From NCBI GenBank assembly GCA_965224705.1, contig OZ245056.1, positions 1,280,001-1,344,000 of the forward strand: a stretch of DNA of 64,000 bases. The letters are read 5' to 3'. Positions 1 to 11,178 of this stretch are shown here, piece by piece (position 1 is the stretch's first letter; each line of letters begins with the position of its first letter). The position numbers and the translations under genes were made by a program. The notes under the pieces were generated by a model, which was not told where the DNA came from, ran no database searches, and saw only the letters and a list, made by a program, of their open reading frames with translations. This DNA comes from Spirochaetaceae bacterium (GTDB lineage: Bacteria > Spirochaetota > Spirochaetia > DSM-2461).

Positions 1-2
1 TC

Positions 3-572
3 AGCTACGTCGATGCCGCAGACGGGGCGGTAACCCTTAATACTGAGCTATCTGCCCACGGAATAACGGTCACCGGAGGAAGTCCCAGTAATATAAAAAA
101 AGTTTTCGGTGATGTATTTACCGACCCCAAAGACGAACAGGCTTCTTTGGAACTGGCTCTAATACACTTTCAGACTGCCCCCAGAAATGTGGGAGGACAT
201 TGGGGGATTGATGATGCCAACAATGGTGATGGGATCTTCCTGAGCTATACATTTAGCACGCCGGTAAGTGTTGCCTCCGTTTTCTTATCTCCACGAAATG
301 ATGAGGGTGGTAAATGGAGGGAAAGGGTGAACCCGGTGAGCATAGCACTATATGATACTAACGGCACAGAACTGGGGAGATTCAATCGAGCCCACACCGA
401 TCCTAATAACGCGTGGGACTGGGTAACGCCCACCAGTAACTATAAAGGATATCAGACTACCCTGTTAACTCCGATAGAGGGGGTACACACATTGAAAGTG
501 CTTATTGACGAAAATATTACTCCAAACAGTCCAACCCAGTTCAACTATTTCAATGTTGGGTTGGAATTTTAG
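3..572 (+). CDS. 3' part of a probable secreted/surface protein with a C-terminal beta-sandwich (discoidin/F5-8-like) domain; runs off the window start
   Basis: The frame of ORF 147..572 is open back to base 3. Beta-rich sequence (FLSYTFSTPVSVASVFLSPR) resembles coagulation-factor/galactose-binding domains. Confidence 0.5.
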   Translation, partial: SYVDAADGAVTLNTELSAHGITVTGGSPSNIKKVFGDVFTDPKDEQASLELALIHFQTAPRNVGGHWGIDDANNGDGIFLSYTFSTPVSVASVFLSPRNDEGGKWRERVNPVSIALYDTNGTELGRFNRAHTDPNNAWDWVTPTSNYKGYQTTLLTPIEGVHTLKVLIDENITPNSPTQFNYFNVGLEF

Positions 573-661
573 CCTTGATGCAGGGGTTTTGGACATCAAT
601 CTCTTGATCTGGGCTTTACCGAAAATAAAACATACTGGTTAAGCACCGAAAATGAAACAGT

Positions 662-935
662 GTGAAGATGGCCCAGGTACTGGAAGTGCGTTTATATGGC
701 TATTACCGTTGGATTCGCATGGGATGCCCTGACGAGAAGACGCGGGACAGGGAAATGATTGACGCTATAAGGCTTGTCCAGCAGGAAAACTCTTACAGAA
801 CGGGTTCTCCCCGCGTGCATAAGGAACTAAAGAAAAAGGGGTATGGCATCGGTCACAACAAGGTGGCCCGCCTCATGAGTGAAAACGATTTAAGATGCCG
901 CACTTAAAGAGCTTATATCAGAACGACCGTATCGG
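662..935 (+). pseudogene. IS3-family transposase OrfB N-terminal (HTH) fragment
   Basis: GYYRW...YRTGSPRVHKELKKKGYGIGHNKVARLMSENDL is typical IS3 OrfB. In-frame stop at 905-907, then RAYIRTTVSD. No DDE domain follows. Confidence 0.8.
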
Positions 936-1096
936 ATCCGGCAAATATGCTTAATGGAATATTGTAATTTTTCATTAAAGTTCAACTGTATTGCAAAAGA
1001 TAACACCAACCTGCTTTTTGTCAGCAGCATGGGGTTCGCCTCACTCGCCCCGTTAAAGCCTATGAGAAATAGGTGAATCGCATTCCAAAAGGTTAG

Positions 1097-1226
1097 CGAC
1101 AGGAACGGGACTGTAAAGTGATTATCGCCATCGCCGAAAAAATCCCGAACAACGTGCTCGAGGAAGATCCCAGGCTCCTCATGTGGTACGATCAGGCTGT
1201 AACACGTGTGGGGGGGGGGCGATTAA
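1097..1226 (+). pseudogene. Start-less C-terminal remnant of a large DNA methyltransferase (resembles BREX type 3 PglXI C-terminus)
   Basis: Translates RQERDCKVIIAIAEKIPNNVLEEDPRLLMWYDQAVTRVGGG. This matches my recollection of the conserved tail of PglXI-like methylases; not verified by search. Confidence 0.45.
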
Positions 1227-1260
1227 CTACAGATGGACACAGATTAAATGGAGAGAGAAT

Positions 1261-2667
1261 ATGTTAAAGAATTTGCGCATACAGAATTTTAAGGGGTGGA
1301 AGGATACAGCTTCTATTCGTATGGCCCCCATCTCGCTGTTTTTTGGGACCAACAGCTCAGGAAAATCCAGCATTGGACAGTTTCTGATGATGTTGAAACA
1401 AACCGTTGAATCTCCGGACCGTAAAGCTGTTTTCTATCCGGGCGGTAAGAACTCTGCTGTTCAGCTTGGTTCCTATCAGGAGATGGTCTTTCACCGTAAT
1501 CCGGAAAATAAAATCAGCTTTGAATATGATTGGTGTTTGTCTTCTTCCACTAAGTTTAAGGATCCCAACTCCGGCCAGTCATACACATATAATCAAGTTG
1601 CATTCAATGCTGAGGTTGGACCTGGAAATAAAGAGCAACACACCCGGGTAGTCGACAAATTCCAATACGAGCTAAAAGATTCAGATACTAAGAGCCTTTC
1701 TATCGGTATGGAAAGAAAAGCGGATTCAAAGGCAGAATATAAAGTTGATGCAACAGATTTTTCACTCAAACGCAATAAGGGTCGTGCCTGGTATCCCAGA
1801 GCACCTGTTCGTTTTTATGGATTTCCCGATGAAGTGGTTGCATACCACCAAAATGCTGATTTCGTTCAGAAATTGAATTTACAGCACGAAAAACTATTCC
1901 GGTCCATTTGCTATTTAGGTCCTCTACGTACAAAAGCGGAACGCTTGTATTCCTGGACCGGGATGGAACCCGAAAGTGTGGGCTATGCTGGTGAAAACAC
2001 CGTGGCGGCCATCTTAGCTGCTCGAACTCGAAGAATAAGTATGGGCTATAAAAAAGCAACAAAGCCCTTTGAACAAATCATTGCCATGAAACTAAAAGAG
2101 ATGGGCCTGATAGAGAAGTTTGAGGTTAACCCTATCTCTGAACAACGTCAGGAATATGAGGTTAAGGTTTGCACCAAAGGTTCAAGAGACTGGGTTGATT
2201 TACCCGATGTTGGTTTTGGTATTTCTCAGGTTTTGCCTGTATTGGTGCAGTGTTTCCATGCCCCGGCAAACTCCATTATTATTATGGAACAACCAGAGAT
2301 TCATCTTCATCCCAATGCGCAGTCGGCTTTGGCTGATGTAATGATTGATGTGATCAATTCCAGAGAAAATGGAAAAGACCGAAATATTCAGCTCATCATC
2401 GAGACTCATTCAGAACACTTCCTACGCAGGCTTCAGCGCAGGATCGCAGAGAATATCGTTTCTCAAGAAAAAATATCCGCCTATTTTGCCAATGTCAGCA
2501 GAACACCGGCCAAATTGGAACCATTGCAGATCGATATATTCGGAAGTATTCAAAACTGGCCGGAGAATTTTTTCGGTGATGAAATGGGTGATATTACCGG
2601 ACAGGCCAAAGCTGCCATGAAAAAACGGATGGAACAGAAATCTCAGAATACGAAGGTTTCTGAATGA
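1261..2667 (+). CDS. ABC-type (AAA_15/AAA_21-like, DUF3696-like C-terminus) ATPase of conflict-system type
   Basis: MLKNLRIQNFKG start after GGAG SD. Walker A GTNSSGKS, signature VGFGISQ, Walker B/D-loop IIMEQPEIHLHP, H-loop IETHSEH, C-terminal NWPENFFGD. No TM partner. Confidence 0.85.
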   Translation: MLKNLRIQNFKGWKDTASIRMAPISLFFGTNSSGKSSIGQFLMMLKQTVESPDRKAVFYPGGKNSAVQLGSYQEMVFHRNPENKISFEYDWCLSSSTKFKDPNSGQSYTYNQVAFNAEVGPGNKEQHTRVVDKFQYELKDSDTKSLSIGMERKADSKAEYKVDATDFSLKRNKGRAWYPRAPVRFYGFPDEVVAYHQNADFVQKLNLQHEKLFRSICYLGPLRTKAERLYSWTGMEPESVGYAGENTVAAILAARTRRISMGYKKATKPFEQIIAMKLKEMGLIEKFEVNPISEQRQEYEVKVCTKGSRDWVDLPDVGFGISQVLPVLVQCFHAPANSIIIMEQPEIHLHPNAQSALADVMIDVINSRENGKDRNIQLIIETHSEHFLRRLQRRIAENIVSQEKISAYFANVSRTPAKLEPLQIDIFGSIQNWPENFFGDEMGDITGQAKAAMKKRMEQKSQNTKVSE

Positions 2668-3191
2668 GTTATCCGGATCTGTGTATAGTGGATACGAATG
2701 TTGCCAAAACGGCCAATCTTGCGACTCAGCCTGATCCAGAAACCAATTTTCCGGATGAGTGTATCAATGCTTGTGTTGCAGCCATTGAACATGTCATTCA
2801 AAAGAACGGTTTAGTCATTGATGCGGGAGATGAAATTTTTGATGAATATAGTCAGCAGCTTTCAATGGGCGGACAACCCGGCATAGGCGACAGTTTCATG
2901 AAGTGGGTGCATGATCATCGTTGGACTTTGCCGGAGTCTCAACGAGTTAAAATCACCAAGAATGTTGAATCATACGATGAGTTTCCTGAACATGAGGATT
3001 TAAATTCTTTCGATAAATCCGATCGCAAATTTGTGGCTGTTTCGAATGCACATTCAGGTAAACTAACTATTCTCCAGGCAACAGATAGTAAATGGTGGGG
3101 ATGGAAAGATGCGTTGATTCAATGCGGCATAGCGGTTCAATTTATATGCGAATGCTACATCCAGGCTAAATTTCAGGAGAAAATGGGATAA
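2664..3191 (+). CDS. PIN-domain ribonuclease-like protein
   Basis: N-terminal IVDTNV and further acidic motifs EIFDEY, FDKSDRKFVAV, ATDSKW. ATGA overlap with the ATPase stop. Confidence 0.7.
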   Translation: MSYPDLCIVDTNVAKTANLATQPDPETNFPDECINACVAAIEHVIQKNGLVIDAGDEIFDEYSQQLSMGGQPGIGDSFMKWVHDHRWTLPESQRVKITKNVESYDEFPEHEDLNSFDKSDRKFVAVSNAHSGKLTILQATDSKWWGWKDALIQCGIAVQFICECYIQAKFQEKMG

Positions 3192-3874
3192 TGAAAGACG
3201 ACTTCTTCAAATTCCCTTCAACACCTCATCTGGCCACACTTGAAGACGTGGAAGTCCGGGACAGCAAAGTTTTGTCCGAAGCAGAACGACTGGATTTCCT
3301 GAGACATGAAGTTGTTGTCGAAGAAAAAGTCGACGGTGCGAATCTGGGTTTATCCTTTAATTCAGAAGCTAATCTTTCCCTGCAAAACAGGGGAACTTAT
3401 TTACAAGTGTCGGGTGTGGGGCAATGGAAAAAAATGGAGCAATGGCTAAACCCTAAAATGGATGTGCTATTTGAAAGTATAACCGATCGTTTCATCCTTT
3501 TCGGCGAGTGGTGCTACGCACGGCATTCTGTTTATTACAACCGTTTACCTGACTTATTCCTGGGCTTTGACTTGTATGACAAGCAGGCTAAAAAATTTTT
3601 CTCAACTGAGAGAAGAGATAAATTATTCAAAGAAATGGGAATCTTTGGTGTCCCACAGATTGCTAAGGGCCAGTATAGCGTATCAGACATAGAAAACCTT
3701 TTAACTCAATCAAAAATTTCAGATGAACCTGCAGAAGGCTTATACCTCCGAATCGATCAAGAGAAATGGCTATTAAATAGAGCCAAGCTGGTTCGACCCT
3801 CTTTTATTCAGTCCTTAGAAGCACACTGGTCTTGTTCGGCAATCAAACCGAATCGCCTGGATTCAAATAGATGA
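3191..3874 (+). CDS. ATP-dependent RNA ligase family nucleotidyltransferase
   Basis: Motif I EEKVDGAN, Ia LQNRG, III LFGEW, IIIa FLGFDLY, IV EGLYLR, V RAKLVR. No OB domain. TAATG overlap with the PIN gene. Confidence 0.85.
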   Translation: MKDDFFKFPSTPHLATLEDVEVRDSKVLSEAERLDFLRHEVVVEEKVDGANLGLSFNSEANLSLQNRGTYLQVSGVGQWKKMEQWLNPKMDVLFESITDRFILFGEWCYARHSVYYNRLPDLFLGFDLYDKQAKKFFSTERRDKLFKEMGIFGVPQIAKGQYSVSDIENLLTQSKISDEPAEGLYLRIDQEKWLLNRAKLVRPSFIQSLEAHWSCSAIKPNRLDSNR

Positions 3875-3974
3875 GAGATGCAAAGTGACTAAGTCTCAAA
3901 ACATCTGTGTTTATTCGTGTTCATCTGAAGAAAGCCGACAAGCAGGTGAATTTCACCGATGATGAGAGCAGGCA

Positions 3975-6443
3975 TTATGTTTCACGTGAAACAATATCAG
4001 GTACGACGGCTCCCTCTTCGCCTGGTTGCCGCACAATTCCGATCAATGAATCATCCTCATTAATATTCAGAATACGAACACCAAAAGCAGCCCGTCCCAT
4101 AACAGAGACCTGATCTACAGCAAATCGCAGGGCTTTCCCCTGTGCGGTTATACCGATACAACTGTCTATGTCTTTCACTGGAAGCAGGGCAACAACTTTT
4201 CCTGTCCGTTTATTCGGAGTATATGCCTTTTGCCCTCCGGTTCCTCTTCCATGAGAAAGAAATTCATCATTTCTCGTTCTTTTGCCATATCCCATTTCTG
4301 TTACAAGGAGCATCATTTCATGTTCTCGGACAGGGTAAACACCGATGATTTCATCCTCTTCTGCACATCTTATTCCCCTTACTCCTCTAGAAGCTCTTCC
4401 CATACAGCGTACAGACGATACGGGAAATCGCAACCCCTTCCCCTGGCGAGTTGCCAGAAAAAAGTCTTCCTCTCCTTTAACGAGTACGGCTTCAACAAGT
4501 CGGTCGCCCTCATCCAGATTGATGGCAATAATTCCCCTTGTACGTGCATTTCTAAAGTCGTATGTGGCCACTCTTTTAATCACACCCCTCCGAGTTGCCA
4601 TAATAAGCGTTGTCTCTTTATCAAAGCTCTCCAATGGAACCATTGCTGTAATATCTTCTTCTGGAGCAAATTCAAAAATTGTTTTCAGATGCTTTCCTCT
4701 ACTGTTTCGGGATCCTTCGGGTATCTCGAAAACCTTGATCCAGTACGCCTTGCCTTCAGAAGTGACAAAAAGAATATGTCTGTGTGTTGATGAAAGAAAA
4801 ACATGCTTGATGAAATCATCTTCCTTGAGATCACTGGTCCGGGCCCCTTTTCCGCCACGCCCCTGCTCCTTATATTCTGTTGCTGCAATTCTTTTGATAA
4901 AGCCCCGGTTCGATATAACAACAACAACATCCTCTTCTTCGATTAAATCTTCGAGATTCATCTGTAGAACTTCTTCGTGAACAATTTCCGTCTTTCTTGG
5001 TACTCCATACTTCTCTGCGATTTCCTCTGTTTCATTCTTTATTACTTTGAGGATTTTCTCCTCGCTGGCGAGGAGATCCTCCAGATAAGAAATAGTCTTC
5101 CGTACCTCTTCAAGTTCATCCAGGATTTTCTGTGCCTCAAGACTGGTCAGCTTTTGCAGGCGAAGATCAAGAATTGCCTGGGCCTGTTTCTCTGAAAACT
5201 GATACCTGCCCATAAGATTGGTGCGTGCCATAACGACGTTTTCAGACGTTTTTATTATTTCAACAATTGCATCGATGTTCTCAAGTGCTCTTTTTAAGCC
5301 GGATAGAACATGCTCCTTTTCCCTGGTTTTCGTTAAATCAAAAACACTTCGCCTTCGGACCACTTCCTGCCGATGCCTGACGAATTCGGAAAGCATCATT
5401 TTGAGATTAAGCAGCTCTGGTCTGCCATCAACAAGAGCAAGGTTATTGATACTGAAATTGACCTGGAGAGAAGTCTGAGAAAAAAGCTGGTTCATTACAA
5501 CTTTGGGACTTGCATTTCTTTTTAGCTCAATAACAATCCTTATTCCCTCTCGATCAGATTCGTCCCGTAAATCGGATATTCCATCAATTTTCCTGTCTCT
5601 GACAAGTGCCGCTATCCGCACCATCAAGGAAACCTTGTTTACCTGGTAAGGAAGCTCTGTAACGATGATGGCAAATCGATCATTCTTCATCTCCTCAAGT
5701 TCATAGCGAGCCCGAAGAACAACCTTGCCCCTGCCTGTATGGGCTGCCAGTTTGTATCCCATATCGCCATAGATCAAACCCTCTGTCGGAAAATCCGGGC
5801 CTTTTACATATCCAAGTAATTCGTTGATTGAAAGATCCGGGTTCTCAATCAAGGCCGCTATAGCTGATGAAATCTCCTTTACATTGTGGGGGGGCATATT
5901 GGTTGCCATTCCAACAGCAATGCCGCTGGCACCATTGATAAGTAGATTAGGAACGGCCGCCGGCAATACAAGTGGTTCCGTCATGGAATCATCATAGTTT
6001 GGACCGAAATCAACGGTTTCCTTCTTAATGTCTCGAAGCATGGGTTCTGCAATACTCGCCAGACGGGCTTCGGTGTATCGCATGGCCGCTGGCGGATCAC
6101 CATCGATGGATCCAAAATTTCCCTGCCCCTGAACCATTGGCACTCCAAGGGAGAAATCCTGTGCCAGTCGAACCAGTGCGTCGTAAATAGATTGATCCCC
6201 GTGAGGATGAAATTTGCCCAATACATCGCCGACAATGCGTCCACATTTCTTGTACGGCCTATCATGACGCAGACCCATTTCACTCATGGAGTAAAGGATC
6301 CGCCGATGCACAGGTTTCAGCCCATCGCGGACATCGGGTAACGCCCGGCTGACAATGACAGACATCGCATAGTTCAAATATGACTCTTTTACTTCATCCT
6401 CAATAGCAATGGGTATAACCCGGCTTTGTCCCTGTTCATTCAT
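3975..6443 (-). CDS. gyrA: DNA gyrase subunit A
   Basis: [36 protein letters not shown] active site, GyrA-box-like QGRGGKG, beta-pinwheel repeats. Confidence 0.98.
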   Translation of the reverse strand: MNEQGQSRVIPIAIEDEVKESYLNYAMSVIVSRALPDVRDGLKPVHRRILYSMSEMGLRHDRPYKKCGRIVGDVLGKFHPHGDQSIYDALVRLAQDFSLGVPMVQGQGNFGSIDGDPPAAMRYTEARLASIAEPMLRDIKKETVDFGPNYDDSMTEPLVLPAAVPNLLINGASGIAVGMATNMPPHNVKEISSAIAALIENPDLSINELLGYVKGPDFPTEGLIYGDMGYKLAAHTGRGKVVLRARYELEEMKNDRFAIIVTELPYQVNKVSLMVRIAALVRDRKIDGISDLRDESDREGIRIVIELKRNASPKVVMNQLFSQTSLQVNFSINNLALVDGRPELLNLKMMLSEFVRHRQEVVRRRSVFDLTKTREKEHVLSGLKRALENIDAIVEIIKTSENVVMARTNLMGRYQFSEKQAQAILDLRLQKLTSLEAQKILDELEEVRKTISYLEDLLASEEKILKVIKNETEEIAEKYGVPRKTEIVHEEVLQMNLEDLIEEEDVVVVISNRGFIKRIAATEYKEQGRGGKGARTSDLKEDDFIKHVFLSSTHRHILFVTSEGKAYWIKVFEIPEGSRNSRGKHLKTIFEFAPEEDITAMVPLESFDKETTLIMATRRGVIKRVATYDFRNARTRGIIAINLDEGDRLVEAVLVKGEEDFFLATRQGKGLRFPVSSVRCMGRASRGVRGIRCAEEDEIIGVYPVREHEMMLLVTEMGYGKRTRNDEFLSHGRGTGGQKAYTPNKRTGKVVALLPVKDIDSCIGITAQGKALRFAVDQVSVMGRAAFGVRILNINEDDSLIGIVRQPGEEGAVVPDIVSRET
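3978..3993. promoter_or_regulatory. parS site (ParB-binding centromere)
   Basis: Perfect 16-bp palindrome TGTTTCACGTGAAACA matching the canonical parS, about 6 kb from oriC. Confidence 0.9.
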
Positions 6444-6453
6444 TGAGCAGCTC

Positions 6454-8367
<1,914 letters not shown>

Positions 8368-8442
8368 TTATCCTAAAAAGAAGACTTCCAATGCTACCAT
8401 TTATTTTTTTCAAAGTCTACTATTCATGTTCTATGGAGAGTT

Positions 8443-9831
8443 ATGATGGACAATGATTACAAGGTTTTCTGGGATGAAGCGACTCGTCAACTGTTGAAAG
8501 AGAATAAAATTAATCAGCAGGAATATGAAATGTGGTTTCTCAAAATGCTTTACACCGGTCAGGAGGGACATTCTCTTATTTTCAGCGTACCATCAAAGTT
8601 TTATCGAGATCAGGTAATATCCCGCTATCTTGTACTGGTGGAAGACCGATTATCAGAACTCTCCGGGTCGAACCTATCCTTGAAATTCGAAATAAGAAAT
8701 TCAAAAAATGATAGTTCGGACGGCGATACTGCGGAGAACCGAGTAATAAAAACCTCGTCTGCCAGGGATTCAACGGCTGATACTGATCAGGAGCGTAAGC
8801 CACACAGTCAACTCCGGGGAGATTATACATTTGATCAGTATGTTATTGGCAACAATAACTCATTTGCTGTCAGTGCAGCTCAAGCAATCAGCACTGCTCC
8901 TGGAAAGAAATACAATCCCTTCTTAATTTATGGCGGAGTTGGTCTGGGTAAAACTCATCTCATGCAGGCCATTGGCAGTCATATCCACTACTCAATGATC
9001 AAAAAAAAGGTTGTATATATTACTGCTGAAACGTTCATCAATGAATTTATTCAATCAATACAAACGAATACTCAACGTATCTTCAAGAATAAATACAGAA
9101 AAGTTGATGTTCTCCTTATCGATGATATCCACGATCTTCACGGTAAAAAAGAAACCCAGGAAGAACTCTTTCACACATTCAATGCATTGTACGATGCCAG
9201 AAAACAACTGGTATTCACCTGTGATAGACCTCCATCTGAACTCAAAAATTTCGCAAGCCGATTACAAAGCAGGTTTGATCTGGGATTGAATGTTGATCTT
9301 CAGCCTCCAAACTTTGAAACTCGATATGCAATACTGAATAAGAAACTGGAATCCATACAGGTTGATATTCCTGAGAAAGTAATCGATCTCATTGCCCGCA
9401 ATGTTACATCCAATGTTCGAGATCTTGAGGCTTCACTTACAAAGATGGCAGCTTACAGTGATCTGGTGGGTAAAAAGATTACCCTCGAGATAGCAAAACA
9501 TCAGTTAAAAGGTGTCTTCTCGGGGATTTTGAGTCCAAAAATAACCATAGATAGGGTACAAAGAGCTGTTTCTGAGTATTTTAACATTACACCTGCTGAT
9601 TTGAAATCAAAGAAACGAACAAAGCAGGTAACTTTTCCCCGACAAATCTCCATGTATATAATCAGGGAGATAACTGACTTCTCAACAACTGAAATCGGAT
9701 TAGAATTTGGTGGAAGAGATCATACGACTGTTATGCATTCCTGCCAGAGAATTGAGAATCGAATGAAGATCGACCCTACTATTGAGCCTTCAATTGCAAA
9801 CCTGATACGTACAATTAAAGAAAGTGGATAA
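8443..9831 (+). CDS. dnaA: Chromosomal replication initiator DnaA
   Basis: YNPFLIYGGVGLGKTHL, LLIDDI, QEELFHTFNAL, FGGRDHTTVMH. Confidence 0.98.
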   Translation: MMDNDYKVFWDEATRQLLKENKINQQEYEMWFLKMLYTGQEGHSLIFSVPSKFYRDQVISRYLVLVEDRLSELSGSNLSLKFEIRNSKNDSSDGDTAENRVIKTSSARDSTADTDQERKPHSQLRGDYTFDQYVIGNNNSFAVSAAQAISTAPGKKYNPFLIYGGVGLGKTHLMQAIGSHIHYSMIKKKVVYITAETFINEFIQSIQTNTQRIFKNKYRKVDVLLIDDIHDLHGKKETQEELFHTFNALYDARKQLVFTCDRPPSELKNFASRLQSRFDLGLNVDLQPPNFETRYAILNKKLESIQVDIPEKVIDLIARNVTSNVRDLEASLTKMAAYSDLVGKKITLEIAKHQLKGVFSGILSPKITIDRVQRAVSEYFNITPADLKSKKRTKQVTFPRQISMYIIREITDFSTTEIGLEFGGRDHTTVMHSCQRIENRMKIDPTIEPSIANLIRTIKESG

Positions 9832-10052
9832 TCCGGGTATAACTCTTCATCCTGTGGATAACAGGGATAAATCTACTTTTTATACATTAATTATCCCCAC
9901 AATATCAACAAGTATTTTTCCATACAGTATAACATTTTAAATCGGTTTTTAATGTTTCCACAGCCCCTATTACTACTACTACTGATTATAAATAGATATG
10001 AGTAATGCCTGTCAATTCTTACATCAGGATGCACCACACCTTCTTATCCATA
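9823..10052. other. Probable oriC: DnaA-box cluster, GC spacer, DnaA-trios and AT-rich unwinding region
   Basis: Perfect box TGTGGATAA 9853-9861. Near boxes AGTGGATAA 9823-9831, TTATCCCCA 9891-9899, GTTTCCACA 9954-9962, TTATCCATA 10044-10052. GCCCC then TATTACTACTACTACT at 9968-9983. Confidence 0.85.
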
Positions 10053-10056
10053 CAAA

Positions 10057-10087
10057 TTGACTCTTTAATTATAATCGATTATTATAA
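10057..10087 (+). promoter_or_regulatory. sigma70-type promoter for the RND operon with overlapping inverted repeat
   Basis: TTGACT-17 bp-TATTAT (10057-10085). TTATAAT-N5-ATTATAA inverted repeat at 10069-10087. Confidence 0.5.
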
Positions 10088-10092
10088 AACCC

Positions 10093-11178
10093 ATGTTCAA
10101 TATTAGAAAACTGAATCTCTCATTGCTGATACTGGCAGTAGTTTTAACATCCTGTTCACGTAAACCTGACAGCAATACAAACGCAACCTGGGAACCTCCT
10201 GAAGAGGGAACTCAAAGTCTTGCTGTAGAAGGTATTATGGTTAGCCGAGGATTTCTTGTTGAAAAAATTCAAAGTACTGGTGTTGTTGAAGGCATCAGGG
10301 AAGCCTGGGTTGTATCAGAGACAGAAGGTTTGATAAAAGAATTACATTTCAAACTTGGTGATTATGTAAGAAGTGATGAAGTGCTATTGGTCATTGAAAA
10401 TGATATCGCTGCGCAAAACCGTGATCTGGCCCAGGGACAATACAGGACAGCACAGTTGGAATTCCAGGCATCTGAGCAATCAAGAGAGAATGGAAGCATA
10501 TCTGAACTTCAATTCAGTCAGGTAACAGACCGGCTTCTTGCCGCAAAATCGGCGATGGTCGCAGCAGTCGATGCGTATGAGAATACCTTTCTCAAAGCTC
10601 CTTTTTCCGGAGCAGTTGCCACCAGAGGTAGTGGGCTTGATGTTGGAAACTATCTCTCCCGTGGAGTGAGGGTTGCCCGTATTGTTGATTATTCTTCTTT
10701 TCGATCTGAAATCAGTGTGGGAGAAGGGCAGATTCTGCTGATCAGGGAGGGATCGGTTGTAGAGGTAACAGGAAAGGATGGATTGACTCGAAATGGAAGA
10801 GTCAGTGCTGTATCAGCAGGCAGTGATGGAAGTACAGGGAGTTTTACGGTCGTGGTGGAGTGGGCCCCAATGGAAAACGACAGGCTTAAATCAGGTATGT
10901 CTGTGGACATTGCTATAGAGGTAAGCGGAGGAGTAGAAAAAATCATTGCTCCGGTTACGGCTGTCCGTTACCGTGGTGGTGAGAGTTTTGTTTATGTTGA
11001 TTCCAATGGTCAGGCTGAACCTCGTCTTATTGATCTTGGCAGCAGGCTGGGTGAAAGGATTGAAGTCCTCTCAGGTCTGGATGCTGGAGAAGTTATTATA
11101 ACCAGTAGACTGGCTTCAATAACACCGGGATATCCTGTTATAGCAACTGTTATAAACAGAGATGAAGGTACTGAATGA
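10093..11178 (+). CDS. RND efflux periplasmic adaptor (membrane fusion protein), lipoprotein
   Basis: Lipobox LTSC, lipoyl-hairpin architecture, LKAPFSG, LKSGM, IEVLSGLDAGE. Confidence 0.9.
   Translation: MFNIRKLNLSLLILAVVLTSCSRKPDSNTNATWEPPEEGTQSLAVEGIMVSRGFLVEKIQSTGVVEGIREAWVVSETEGLIKELHFKLGDYVRSDEVLLVIENDIAAQNRDLAQGQYRTAQLEFQASEQSRENGSISELQFSQVTDRLLAAKSAMVAAVDAYENTFLKAPFSGAVATRGSGLDVGNYLSRGVRVARIVDYSSFRSEISVGEGQILLIREGSVVEVTGKDGLTRNGRVSAVSAGSDGSTGSFTVVVEWAPMENDRLKSGMSVDIAIEVSGGVEKIIAPVTAVRYRGGESFVYVDSNGQAEPRLIDLGSRLGERIEVLSGLDAGEVIITSRLASITPGYPVIATVINRDEGTE

Noticed and set aside
1210..1219. G10 tract upstream of the ATPase as a phase-variation switch
   Set aside because: It falls in the Gly codons of the upstream gene remnant and outside the likely ATPase CDS (start 1261). 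No flanking -35/-10 pair was found. Read-level length variation would reopen the question.
1183..1260. 26-aa N-terminal extension of the ATPase in the ORF track
   Set aside because: The family-typical start MLKNLRIQNFK with an SD is at 1261.
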